This document shows, piece by piece, positions 39,894 through 53,436 of a stretch of 64,000 nucleotides of DNA. The position numbers and the translations under genes were made by a program. Origin of the DNA: Proteromonas lacertae (taxonomy: Eukaryota); the NCBI GenBank assembly GCA_002245135.1, contig NGBS01000292.1:372001-436000 (forward strand), given 5' to 3'. Position 1 is the stretch's first letter. Each line of letters starts with the position of its first letter. The notes under the pieces were generated by a model that was not told the DNA's origin, searched no databases, and saw only the letters and a list, made by a program, of their open reading frames with translations.

Positions 39894-42180
39894 CTAAATT
39901 ATACATTTCTGCTGTTTAAGTTGAGCAAAAGCATTTTTCAACCTTTCACTTTCTGTATTTATCACTTTCTCATTCATTTCTATTGTTATATACCTATCCA
40001 TCTTAGATTGAACTATTTCTTCACTTTCTTTAGCAAATATAGGATTTAATTCATCATTTATCTTTGTATCATTCCATTTAAATATTTTATTACAATATTC
40101 TTTTAATTTCTCTTTATTTATATTACCCCAACTAATTTCTTCTAATGATAAATCAACTTTAGGACTTTTATATGCTTTTATTATAAACTCTTCAGGAAAA
40201 TCTTCACTTAATATCCATTTTCTTTTCTCTTTATACTTTTTATCAAAAAATACTTTATTTTTTAAATAAATTTCATTCTCTAAATAGTTATTATTCACCC
40301 ATTTTCTAAAATCATTTAATCCATTTATACCATCAAAAACACTTAAAATTTCTAATGCATTTACTGAACCAATACCATTTACACCTATTGCATAATCACT
40401 ACCAACTAATAGAGCATAACAAATCATATCTTCTCTAGAAAGGCCTAATTCATTCAATATATTATTCATATTATAATATTCAATATATTTATAATCGATA
40501 AAGAAATTACGATATACTGATATACCTCCAAATAAGAATGTATCACTATCATTACTTATTACACCATCAACAATTCCATTATAATTCAAATAAGCACATT
40601 GCGCTTCTGCTTCAGAAGGAGAAATAATATATGGCAAGCCAAATAATTTCAATAATTCTATTATACTCTCTATAACATCACCTTGGCTTATACTATCATC
40701 AAACACAACTGTTCTTTCATACGAATGATCATCTTCACTCATTTGACTGTCTGTAAGAGAATCAGAGTTAAGAAAAGTAGAATGTATTACTTGTAATGGA
40801 TTATTATTATTATTACTTATTTTTTCATCATTATCATCATCATCATCTTCTTCTTCTTCTTCAGTTGATGGTGATTTAGATTGTTGTTGTGGTTGTTGTG
40901 GTTGTTGCTGTTGTGAGATAATTGATAATGATAATTCATTTATTGATTCAATTGATGGTTCAGTTTGAGTTGTTGTTGTTGTTATATTATCATCATTATT
41001 ACTGTGTTTATGTAAGCGATTTAATGGAGAAGTTATTCTATTGATAGTTGGAATTTCTATTACATCATCATCTTCATTTTCTACCTCATTTTCATTTTCA
41101 CTTTTATTATCACTTTCATTTGAATTATTTTGTTCTATTCTTTCTACTTTTCTTTCATTATTATTTTCATTTTCATTTTCATCATCTATATCAAATACAT
41201 CTTCTGGTTTAATCAATATCACTTCACATTTACTTTCTCTTTTCTGGTGATATAGATATTGACTCCCAACCACTTTCAGATGAGGTTTTATCACTTGATT
41301 GACTTTTAATTGGTGAAATATCTAATTTATTATTATCACTTTCTTCATTTTGATTATCTCTATCTTCTTCTTCTTCTTCACTTTCTGGTATATATCCACA
41401 TCCCATTTCTTCTTCATTTTCTTCATTTATTTGATTACTATCTCCAAATATTGAATTATCAATTTTGTATTTTTCAAATTCATATATTTGACCAGTTTGT
41501 TTTATTCTTTTCACCGGTTTTTCATCTAAATCAATTCCTCTTAAATGTTTCATATTTTGTCTGATCTCATTTCTATATTGCAACCATTCAATTTGGGTTT
41601 CTGAAAATTTTTGTGGATCAAAAATACTATTTGAAATAGATGTTTGTGGTTGTATTACTTTGTCTGCAATTAAATGTTTTTCTTCGTTGTTTAATGAATT
41701 ATATAATCTTCTTTCATGAAAGGATAATGGAATTGTAATATAATTTTCATCTTCACTTGATTCACTAAAATCACTTACTTCTTTATCTTTTTGATTTTCA
41801 TTTTTAACCTCTATTTCATTGAGTGATGTAATAGGTACATTTTTCATATTCAATAGCTGCTTAGCCATACTTTTGATTAATTGATCTGAATTATCTCTTA
41901 ATGCTTGACGTCTTCTTAACTCACGGGCTTTTAAATGTGGTGCAACACCATCAAATACAAAAATTGGTTTGATTTTATGGAACAACAGTTTACATATCCT
42001 TGAGAAAATGCCAATTAATATGAATACTTCTTGAGGCATAGCATCATCCTTTCTTTTAACAAGGTTGAATTGATAAATCCAGATACTAATATCAATTGCC
42101 ATCTTTTTACCTGCTAATGTTTCTATCGATATTTTACGACCTGCTGGTGCTAAGACATTCCATAGGTTCTTCACACCCAT
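39894..42180 (-). CDS. ERCC5: XPG/RAD2 (ERCC5) structure-specific endonuclease
   Basis: MGVKNLW, AIDISIWIYQF, PIFVFDG, PYIISPSEAEAQCAYL, SNDSDTFLFG, LLVGSDY; one frameshift near 41241 in the spacer. Confidence 0.92.
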
Positions 42181-42339
42181 CTGTTACTGAAATTAGAGAA
42201 ATTAAAACTAGAATAGGCGAATAGAATCGAAAAAAGAAGAATTAAAAAAATTGGTAAGATAAAATATCCGTTTCACTTATTTTTATTTTTGCATTATTTC
42301 GCTAATTAGAATCTAAAGCCTTAACCTCATAACATATTT

Positions 42340-43000
42340 TTCAAATATGAAATGGATGAATTATATTTTGTTAATATATACAGTTTCAGTATGACAGAAA
42401 GTATAGATTATGAATATCCATCAAATCTGTGAAATCATATTCTGAGAAAGCTACCAGACCATAATACTGGCGTTACCTTTAACGTACTGTAATGTAATAT
42501 ACGTTTTTCCACGGATTCTCCAACCCATAGTTTTTACTACATTTAGCCTAATCATTGATTCATCACTAAAGATTATGAACTTGTAATTTAAGAATAAGTT
42601 ATAAGAAACACTTAACAATCTTTCCAACACATTGTGCTCGGATAAACCAGGACATACTTGAGAATTTCCAAAACATATACCCCAAGACTAACAATATCTT
42701 CTTATTGAACTTAATGACACTGATGTAGATATCAATCCTTTACTTACAAGCATATTTCTTAAGGTTTTGGCTGATTGAATGTTAATACCATTCTGTTCAT
42801 TTTTAAAATAAAATCTTTAACAACTTCACCACATAAAGATGAATTGTTAATTAAGGGCTTTCTTCACCTTTTCGACCTAGAATTTAAGATTAGCGATTTA
42901 GGCTTGAATGTTCTTAAGCCCAAAATTTTATTGTACTTATGGATAGTAGATTTAGATCTTCTAAGTGTGTTAATCTTTGTTGGAAGCAAAACAAAAGATG
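42340..43000 (-). mobile_element. Decayed Tc1/mariner (IS630-Tc1) transposase relic
   Basis: Minus-strand translation across stops and frameshifts: SKSTIHKY..SKR*RKPLI..VSLSSIRRYC*SWG..PGLSEHNVLERL..FIIFSDESMIRL..GWRIRGK..VKGNASIMVW/AFS. Not in the ORF track. Confidence 0.8.
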
Positions 43001-43393
43001 TTATACATGAAGAAATTACTAAGTAGATTAAAATATTCGAATATTACTCACAAATCAATTACCAAATATTTTTTATATTCATCTTATTTTCAATAATACA
43101 TTCATCATTTCTCATCCTTGTAACAGATATGATAATCTCAACTTATCCTCATTTAGCTAATTTTGAAACTTTTTGAAGTAATTAATCTAGATAGCTTTTA
43201 TATTTATTTAATATATAACTTTGGACGAAAAATAAAATAATATGAGAAGAAGAAAAGCTGAAAGAGGATCTAATGGAAGTGTATATGTATGATAATATGT
43301 GTATTTATTATGAAAATATGAAATAATGAAAAAAAAATGAAAAATGATAAATACTGAAACGATCATATTTTTGAAACAAAATTCATTTTAAAA

Positions 43394-46300
43394 ATGAATT
43401 ATTTAAAATCTTTCATCGATAGGAGTATTCATCTTTGTTTTTGCATAATTTTACCAATGTATAACTAATGCTTTATATGAATAGATGAAAGACAGAAATG
43501 AGATGGAAGGTGATAGTAAAAGAGTTAGAGCTAATAGAAATGTCGATGATAAAATGATAAAAAATGTGAATATCAGTGGAACTGAAAGAAAAGATTATTT
43601 TCAAATTCTTCGAGAAACATTATCACTTGTGTTTAATAGTTGTTTGTGTTATGTGTATCCATTTAATTCTTCAATTTACGGGTATGATGATGTGATATTG
43701 GAAAGAGAGTATTACATGACAGATTTGGAAGAGATAATTCAAACTAAAACCAATTCAAACGATGATATTTGTAGTGTGATATGTGGTGTATGTAATATTG
43801 TGATGATATTAAGTGATTACGATTTATTAATTAGCAATTTGAAGAGTAGCAACATAGTATATGAAAATAAGAAAATAAAGTTTTGTGATTTATTCATGGA
43901 TTTATTGAGAAAAGAAGAAGATATAAGATTATATGATATCTGCTTTAAAAGCCCTGAAGAGTTGAATGGATTAGAATGTAAGAGAGAGAAGTGTGATTTG
44001 GTCAATTGGCTGTATATTATAGGAAATGACAATCAAGAAATTACCATTTAATAAAGATAATAATGTGTTAAAAACAATGAATAATATCCTGAGATGTAAA
44101 TACAGTATTGATGTAGAATGTGATGATATATTGATAGAGATGATAAAAAGAATGTTAAAATTGAAAAGTGATGATAGAATGAGTCTAACAGAGTTGAATA
44201 AAGAGATGGTGAAATTGAGTGAAATATTGAGAGATGATGAAAATAATTTGATGATATATGGTGAAAGAAAAGATACATTACATTATAATGATGATTATGC
44301 ACTAGTTAAGCTTCCAATCATATATCCATTAGATTATTATGTTGATAGTAAAATATGGAAAGAAATAAGAGATATTATGATAAAATCCTACAATAATAAA
44401 CCAAATGAAAGAATATTATCAATTTTGTTGATGATGAAATTACACAAAACAGAATTTGATAATTATTCCATTTGGGATTTGTTATTTAATAGTAGAAAGA
44501 AAGAAAAATCAATAGAAGACAAACTAAAGTTTCAAATTTATCACCAATGCAAAGAAGAAGGAAAAAAATGCTATTTAGATAAAATGCTATTTGATATAGT
44601 TACTGATAGTGATTATGGAGATGTAGTGAAAATTGCATCATCGAATATTTGTTTATGTGAAGAGGGATAGATTATTTCTTCAGAATATTGAAATTGATCA
44701 ATCCAACACAACTCAAATTTTGTATAATTTTAATGATTCTATTTATTCAGGGATGCGTATTCCAATCCATATGCATTCAATTTTTGCATCATACTTTCAT
44801 CTACTGTCTAATCTACAAATATTAGATTTATTGTATTGTCATTTAACTTATTCTTTCATTGAATCATTAGTTAAATCAATTTCATTGATGAAAATAGAAT
44901 ATATATTTCTTCGAAGTATACATTACTCTTTTTTTATTTTGTTTGTCAATAGATGATCCAATAGGTCCAAAAGGCTTCAAATTATTACTTCCACATGTAT
45001 ATTTATTAGTCTATGAAGAATGTAACTATATGGATCTTACTGGAATGAATTTAAATGACGAATCGATGATATTATTATCATCAGAATTATATAGATTTCC
45101 AAATCTAATGACAATTGTTATTATAGAAAACAAAAATATTCATTCTGTTGGTTTAAAAGCCTTATTCTCGAAATTTCCAATCTCAAAAATAAATTTTGAT
45201 TTTAATGAAAGTAAAGAATTACTGATAGATATAGATATTCCAGAATTAATCACATATATCAAAGATGATAAAAATAGTTTAAATCTGAGTAATTGTGAGG
45301 TTGATGATGATATTTTCAAATCATTCATTTCTTTAAGATTGAATGAGTTGAAAGAAATAGAAAAGTTAGATTTAAGAAGTATATTTAGGATTTTATAATC
45401 ATTTAGATAATAAACTAACACACAAAAGTATAGAAATACTGTTTAACAATTTGTCTTCATTACCAAACCTTAAAGAAGTTCAATTAAATGGAAATGAAAT
45501 AGGAGATGAAGGAATGAAAATACTTTCCCCACATTTATATTTATTGAAAGATTATATAACAAATCAATTGTTCAAGTATATTAATAATGAATATTATGTA
45601 ATAGATATTTTTTAGTTGGATTGAAATATTTATTAGATGGATTGAATATTCATGAAAGGTAATTCTTGATATTACTATTGATCATATTGATGTTGATGGA
45701 ATAAAATATCTGATGATTATATGACAAAGAATAATAATAATAATATGAAAAGTTATTCATATATGTATATATATATATATATATAATATTTTTAATAGAT
45801 AATCCAATTGGTAACAAAGGATTTAAATTACTATTAAACAAGTTAAACATGTTAATGAATGATGAAGAATAGAATTTGAATAATATTTCAATAGATGATG
45901 AAAGTATGATATTATTATCAGGAAGAATTAAATCGCTTAAAGAATGTGAAAAGATATATCTAAATGGAAATAATATAAGAATGAAAGGATTAAAATCAAT
46001 TTGTGAAAAATCATTAGAAAGAGATGAATATTCATTTATAGAAATGAAGAGTTCATCATGGACAAATGAAGAATTGGAATATTATTTGGATTATTGTATT
46101 AAAAAGAAAATATATGATGATAGAAACTATGATTTTTCAAGTATAAGAAAATGTATTTATAATGAAATAGATATGAATATAAATGATTCTCATGTTTCAT
46201 TAATTAAACAAATTGATTATACAACAATTGATTTATCCAATAATAGAATTACTAGTAAAGGATTAAAAGAATTAAATAAATCATTATCAAAAAAAGTAAA

Positions 46301-46765
46301 CTGTATATCAATATTTGGTAATGAAATTGGAGATGAAGGTGTTGTGTTGATGTTAAAATATTTATATAAATTCGTAGAAGCAAAAAGTGCAAATGATTTT
46401 TATTCCAATTTATCATTAAATCTTTCTAGTATATATAATGAATATATGTTTTATCTTCGAATAGATATTGGAATTGGTGAAAAGGGTTTAAGAATGTTAT
46501 CAGAAAGATTAAAAGATTATGAACCATTATGGAAGATTAATTTATCAGAAATATATTGAATGAAAATGAATTAAGATTAATGAAAGAAAACAGTGAAATA
46601 TTTATTGGATTAGCTAAATTATTAATAACAGTAAAAGAAGATATTGATAAAACAGAATTAAAATCGTTTTTAGATACATTTTCATCAGTAGGCATAATTA
46701 GATTAGAAGGAATTACAGATGATGAAAAGAAAGAATTATCAAAAGAGTTTTCTAATATTGAATGA
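43394..46765 (+). pseudogene. Pseudokinase-LRR, copy B, decayed
   Basis: Colinear with copy A; in-frame TAG near 44020, indels near 43985 and 44668, degraded segment at 45600-45870; start position approximate. Confidence 0.8.
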
Positions 46766-47396
46766 TTAACTTCTATAAATCTCATTATTAAAGATGTTTT
46801 ATAAGATTAAATAAATATATATAAACGTGCATCTAATAAATCTCGAATTTTCTCACTATTAATTGTTTTTAACAAAGAATGGATCATTCGAGGAATTAAA
46901 CAAGATACTTGATACATGCGTATATACTTCTTCCTGAATTGTAAAAATGCAACTTATAGAATTAGTTAAGTCAACCACATCTCAAAAATCCAAAATGTAC
47001 TTCAATGTACTAAGAAAAATTCAAAAGAAGAGATTCTATTTATTATAATTCTATGCAAAAGAGACTATATGATCTTTTAAGTTAACTAAAGCGAATTAAT
47101 GTTAATAAAGAAATAATCAAACAAAAAAATTATTCCAAATTTATAAATCCATTTTAATAACTTATAACCTTTCATCTACCTTATGAGCTTTAAATTACAA
47201 ATAGATTCCATTTGCATCAGCTGCTCTCCTCACTAAAAAGCATATCTTCATACATAAAATAAAGCAAAATTATACAAGTTAGTTATATTATTGCTGATTG
47301 AAATGAATAAACAACAAAAATATATCCGTTTCATAGAATTGATATAAATTTTCGTTACATTTTATTAGATAATTCTATGTCATTTATTTTAATATA

Positions 47397-48724
47397 ATGC
47401 CTTTTTGTGGATTTGGTAAGAATAAAGCAGACCAGCTAAAAGAGAAAAACGTTCTTAAGGATGATTCTCTTGATTTGGCAGAATATCTCTGCTGTATATT
47501 TGTTGACATTTAATTTAATTGTAGTAAATAATGAAGAAGTATATATTGTATATAAAAAGTTTCGTCGTTATTCAGGTAATAAGTATAACCGAAATATGTC
47601 TATACACTAGGACTGCCTTTAAAATGAAAAAATTTCTCGATGCAATGGACACAACAAACAAAGTGCATGGTTTACTATCGCAATTATATGTGAAGAAGGT
47701 TACATTTAATGATTTTTTCTGGTTTGTATGTACTATTGCTTTAGTACCCTTTTCATATTATTGTCAACGTATTTATACATTTATTTATATAAATATAATA
47801 GTTGTTGTAGCTGCTTGCTATATAGATCCAACAAAACAAATGACAATGAACGATTTGGAAAGGTTTTTTAAATGTGTTGGTCATACTATAAATTCATGTG
47901 AAATACTCAGATTAGTAAAAACACTGTCCGATGATCCAGAACAAAGAGTAACATTTACTCAATTTCTTCGATTTCCAGAATACCAAGCTAATGTATTCCA
48001 AGAATTGAGGGATATTCGAGAAATATTTCAACAAAAAATATTCAGATATGAAGTTTATGTGAATATAAAACATAGACGAAAAAATATAAATAAAATAAAG
48101 ATATATTATGAGGATAATGGTAAATTTCCACCTCAAACTTGTAATCAAATGATTCGTAAAATGATTTTGCATACAACCCCACCTTTTAAATATGATTATA
48201 CTGTAGAAAGTGGTAATTATGCTGGTACTATAGGTAGATTAATCAGTAAGTATACTGAGAAGTATAAACCTCAGTCAGTTAGACTGAAGGAATTAAAAGG
48301 ATTGAAAATACAAACATCTAGTGAGCCAGTTGAAAAAGTACCTGGTACAACAGAGAAAAAAACTGATGATGATGATGAAGATCCTCTCAGTCCAAAAGAT
48401 GGAACAAATAATGCTAATGAGGCTAATGAAATGGGTGAAGTGAGAGAAAAGATTAGAAGATTTTCAGAAAAAGCTGTTCCAGCAAAAGAAACACCTGGTC
48501 ATAGTCCATCTATTAAAGAAGATAATTTAACACCAAGGTCTAAAAGAGCTTTAGCAGTTGGAATACCAAGATCTTTTAGAAGTTTTGCTCAAGAATCCCA
48601 AGAAGGAAGTATAGAATTGCAAGGCGTGATAGATGTGAGTAATGATTATCAATCAAATTCAGAAAAACCGAAAGTAACAGTGATTAATGTAGAACCGAAA
48701 GGTACATTTCACCCCAGTGACTGA
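47397..48724 (+). CDS. Degenerate EF-hand-like protein with disordered tail, paralogue of the gene at 11073
   Basis: KKVTFNDFFWFV, QRVTFTQFLRF; short 5' introns; aligns with the 11073-12143 protein. Confidence 0.55.
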
Positions 48725-48908
48725 ATATTATTTAATCTTATTTATAGTATATTTTTTTAAGTATTCTGTGTAATTAACATAAAAATAATTAAAGAATAAA
48801 ACAACAATTGTCTGTTTTTCATTGGTCAAAAAATTATTTTCTGCTATTTTATTGGCTATTATTTATGCAAAATAGAATTGAACCATTTCTAGAATCTCAT
48901 TTTTCTTG

Positions 48909-49494
48909 ATGGCTAATAAAGTTTTGATCTCAATTTTCGTATTTTGTTTATTCCTTGGAGTTAGCAAAGCTGCTAAAACACCAGACCCAAAAGAATGTGA
49001 AGGTATGGTTTTTTATAGAGTGATTTCTTTCTAGTTTGTAAAAAGGTTATTGAAGATATTGATAATACATTGACTGATGATGATAGAAAAGATCTTGAAA
49101 AGATAGAAAACAAAATAAGCAAATACTGCAGTAACTCAAAAGCTGATCCTCAAACTAAAAAAATTGTATTATAAATTATAATTACAATTTAGTGTTACCA
49201 TATTGATCCAATAAAGAGAGAAGTTTCAAGACCATTATCTTTCAAAATGCCAGTAGAAGATATATGTAGAAAGAAGCTTAACAAAAAGAACTCAGAATTT
49301 TGCTCAACACGTTTTCGTATCAATTTTTATTGTTAATTGTGTTATAAATAGCTGTAAAAGTAGAAAAGGGTCAAGATTTATCAAAACTTAGAATTAAGGA
49401 TTTGAAGAAGATATTAGCAGATAGAGGTGTTGCTTGTAACGGATGTTTAGAAAAATCAGACTACATCAAGAAAATTGAAGAAACTGAACTGTAA
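48909..49494 (+). CDS. MANF: MANF/CDNF (ARMET) family ER protein
   Basis: Four exons: signal peptide, [62 protein letters not shown]-terminal ETEL. Confidence 0.9.
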
Positions 49495-49767
49495 TTGTAT
49501 TAGAATAATGACTAATTTTCACATTTTTTAATTTGAATTTTTTGAATGACTTTGTGTTGGTTTTATGGTGAATAGTTATAAGTTTTGATCTTTATCACTA
49601 AATTATTTAGATATTCATAAATTAAAAAGAAATCTATTGTTAGAATCATCAAATTCTCTTTCATATAGAATATAGAAGGGTTTATTTAATTCGATAAATT
49701 AAATAGAAATTTTCATTCATTTTGTCCCATTCATTTTTCTTATTTTTTAATAGTTAATTGATATTCT

Positions 49768-51259
49768 ATGAATAGAAATTACGGTTATAATAACAGGAAT
49801 AAGAGGTATATATACACTGATGTTATTACTATTTCACTACTTCTGATATTACTCATTTTCTTTAATTAATCAATTAATTTATTTATAGCAACAATTATTC
49901 TGACTATCACAGCGGTGGAAGTTATAATAGATCTAATTCATACCATAAAAGAGATTATAGCAACAGTAGAAGCAGGAGTAGAAGTAGAAGCAGAGGTAGA
50001 GATTATAGAAGAAGTGATAGTAGAGGTAGTAATGATAGATCAGGACATGAGGATAGAAATTACAATCATAGACAAAATAAAAATAGAAACAGGAGTAGAA
50101 GTAATAGTAAGTCTAGAAGTTCAGGAAATAAAAATAGTTACCATAACAACAATTATTCTGATAGTTTTCAACAAGATCAACAAGAAGATATATTAGAGCA
50201 AAGAATTGGTAAAAGAAGAGTGTTTGAGAATAGTCATCCATCCACTACAATTTGTATGAAAGGATTTTCAGAGGATGTAAGTGACGGAGCTGTATATTTA
50301 TTCTAATTTAATCTTTTTTTTAAATATATATAGATTGAATTAGCGTTAGAATCATTTTCTCCACGTTCAGTAAGATGTATTTTTAATAAAGTATGTTATG
50401 TAATGATAATTAACTCAATATCTATAGACAACTGGTGAATCACGTAGTTTATGTTTTATTGATTTTAACACTATTGAAGAAAGTGCAAAATTATTAGAAG
50501 CATACCGTATAATAATAAAAATTATTATAAATCCAACTTTTACACATTTTAACCTTCTTTTTTCTATTAAATAGCCGCATCATCAGGTAAAGAAGATGGT
50601 GAAGAGTTAATTATTGGAGATCCACGTTATATAATCCAAATGGATTATGCTGAACCAGAATCAAAGAAAAATAAAAAATTGATGCGATCTGATTGGATAT
50701 GTACTTCATGTGAAACGATAAACTACGGAAAGTTGGATTTGATTATTATTATTATATTAATAATAGAAGAATGAAATGTGCCAAATGTTTGACCCCCAAA
50801 AATGAAAATGCAAAAGAAACAGCTGTAAGTGTTTTAGAAACAACAAATTTACAGTCGAAAAGAGCAATTATTCAAGGAATAGGATTAGGAACAACAGAAA
50901 AACAAGTATTTATTATCACTATTCATTCATTTTAATAGATTAAAGATACTTTAAGAGAATTTGCACCAGTTGAAAAAGTTCAATTTATTAAAGATCATAT
51001 AACAGGGAATTTGAAAGGTTATTGTGTAGTTACATTTCCTAGTGTAGAAGTATATATATATATATATAATATATATATAATAATATATTAGTATTGCAAT
51101 CATGTAATTAATAATGCCTATGCTATTGCATTTGGTGATTATTTCGTCAAGATTGGTTATGCTGGTGCAATTCCTGAGACTATGATTTATAACAGTAATA
51201 ATAGAAATAATATAATAGCTGAACAAGTAGAAATGATGGCACAATGGTCTTCACATTTG

Positions 51260-51291
<32 letters not shown>

Positions 51292-52812
51292 TTAATATAG
51301 TACACCTAAAACATCATCATCATCAACAACAACAACAGAATCTCGACAGAATCAAATGATAGATATAACCAAGACAGCTCAACATGAAATAATATCCAAG
51401 AAAATGAATGGAGAGAAGATATGGCCTGATGTATTTCAAACTAATGGTGGTACTTATATATTAGATACTCAATCTGGGTTTTATTATCACTCATTATCAT
51501 TGTTTTATTATGAACCAACTGTTGATACTGTATATAAATATTTAATAATATATTATTATTATAGTATTTGGATTCAATGACAGGTTATTATTACAAATAT
51601 GATACAACAGTAAATCAATTCGTTTTATTTGTTCCTCCATTACCATCAGCAATAATATCACAACCACCAATAGTTCAACAACAATCAAAACCACCATCAA
51701 TTCCATCAATGGTTCAATCATTACCTACAACAACACCATCACCACCATCAGCTACTTCTCCTCCACAACAACAACAACAAACAAAAACAATACCTTCAAT
51801 GATTCCTTCTATTAATATAGAATTAGCCAAGAAACATCCACCACCACCATTACCATCATCCTCAGATAATAATAATAATAATAAGAAATTACCATCAATG
51901 ATTCCACTCTCATTACCTGATAATATATTCAGTAAGAAGTCAACAACAACAATTAGTAATACCACTCCTATACAAATGCAACAAATATCACTTTCGCCAA
52001 CAACAACAACAACAACAACAACATCAAATAATAATAACAACAATCCAAAATCACCAACACTTCAACCAGTGAAACATGTTAAAACAATATCTCCGTATTT
52101 ATTAAACTTATAATATTATTATTATTAGAAATGCTGTAACACATTCATCAATAGCTCAAAAGAAAGACAAATTAACTGAAAATATAGCAAAATGGTCACA
52201 GAAACAGAGTGAAATAGATAAAGCGAACTTTGCCAATACAAGAGAACCAATTTGTACAATATGTAAAAGGAAATTTAAGAATTTATTACTATTATCAAGA
52301 CATGAGAATGAATCAGCTTTGCATAAGAAGAATTTAGAATTATTAAGAGAACAAGAAGGTAAAGAGAAAGAAAAAGAAGAAAATGATAGAAAAGATAAAG
52401 AAGAAGAAGAAGAAGAAATTGTTTATAGAGATAGAGCAAAAGAAAGAAGAGAAAAATTTGGAAGTGAACCTATTCTTAGAGCAAAAGTATTACCAATATA
52501 TGCAGCTCAGCCACAGTATATACTACCAACTGCTGCTACAGTTATAATACCATCTGGAGAAGTATCAATTGCCAATACAATACTCCAATTGAAGAAGATA
52601 ATATTGGTGCAAAAATGTTAGAAAAAATGGGATGGGAAAAAGGAAGAGGTATTGGAGGTACTTTTGAAGGTATTAAAGAACCAATTAAGATAGATAAACC
52701 TAATAATCTGGCGAATAGTACAAAAGGAGCAAATGTTGCTTATAATGATTATTCACATGAAGCTAACTATAAAAGGATGCAAGCTTTATATAAGAATACA
52801 TTTGATAGTTAA
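49768..52812 (+). CDS. RBM5/RBM10-like splicing factor (RS region, RRM, RanBP2-type zinc finger, RRM, OCRE, C2H2, G-patch)
   Basis: DWICTSCETINY..RMKCAKC, QSGFYYH..YYEP, CTICKRKF..LSRHENESALH, YRDRAKERREKFG, NIGAKMLEKMGWEKGRGIG. Confidence 0.88.
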
Positions 52813-52948
52813 TTCTTTTTCTTTTTTTTTTAACACTATTTCTTTTTATAAAATAACAAACATTTAACAAATAAAAAAATAAAATATTAATGTATAAATA
52901 AAAAATACTAAAAAATCTGTGAATTATCTATATTTCTATATAATATAT

Positions 52949-53405
52949 TTACTTATTTACTGCTCCATAACAGACCTTGCTACCACACTTCTCGGATGAA
53001 GTAGCATTCATTATCATTGATCTGTTGTATTGGCCAGGTCTCATAGATAATTTATTAAAGAAACTTCTAATCACAGATTTCCTAGGTTGTTGAGCACCTC
53101 CTTCAGGTTCTTCTTCAAATTGCGCAACTTCAGAATTAAGATCCTTTCCATTAATATCAGGTGGTTTAAGATCAAAACCACATTCTTGACATTTCATTCC
53201 ACCACCATTACCACCTGTTGGTTTGTGTGACATGTATTTGATTGTTGGGTAAAACATAACGTATAGACATAATATAGCATATGCACATACATATATTGTA
53301 ATAACCAAAACACCAATTACAGAAGAATCAGAAAAACGCATTAAAGTGGCGATTATTCCAGCCCATGCTGATAATAATAAATAATATGATGAAACTATAT
53401 AAATA

Positions 53406-53436
<31 letters not shown>

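Noticed and set aside
42775..43026. 83-aa plus-strand ORF
   Set aside because: Antisense shadow of the Tc1 transposase relic.
43242..43292. ERGSNGSVY resembling a kinase glycine loop
   Set aside because: A few codons ending in a stop that cannot be joined convincingly to copy B; at most a tiny relic.
46880..47100. YYNSMQKRLYDLL as a Tc1 transposase C-terminus
   Set aside because: Too short, and it lacks the SPDLNPIE motif.
49915..50196. 93-aa E/V/I-rich ORF
   Set aside because: Wrong-frame reading of the RS-rich exon of the RBM5/10-like gene.
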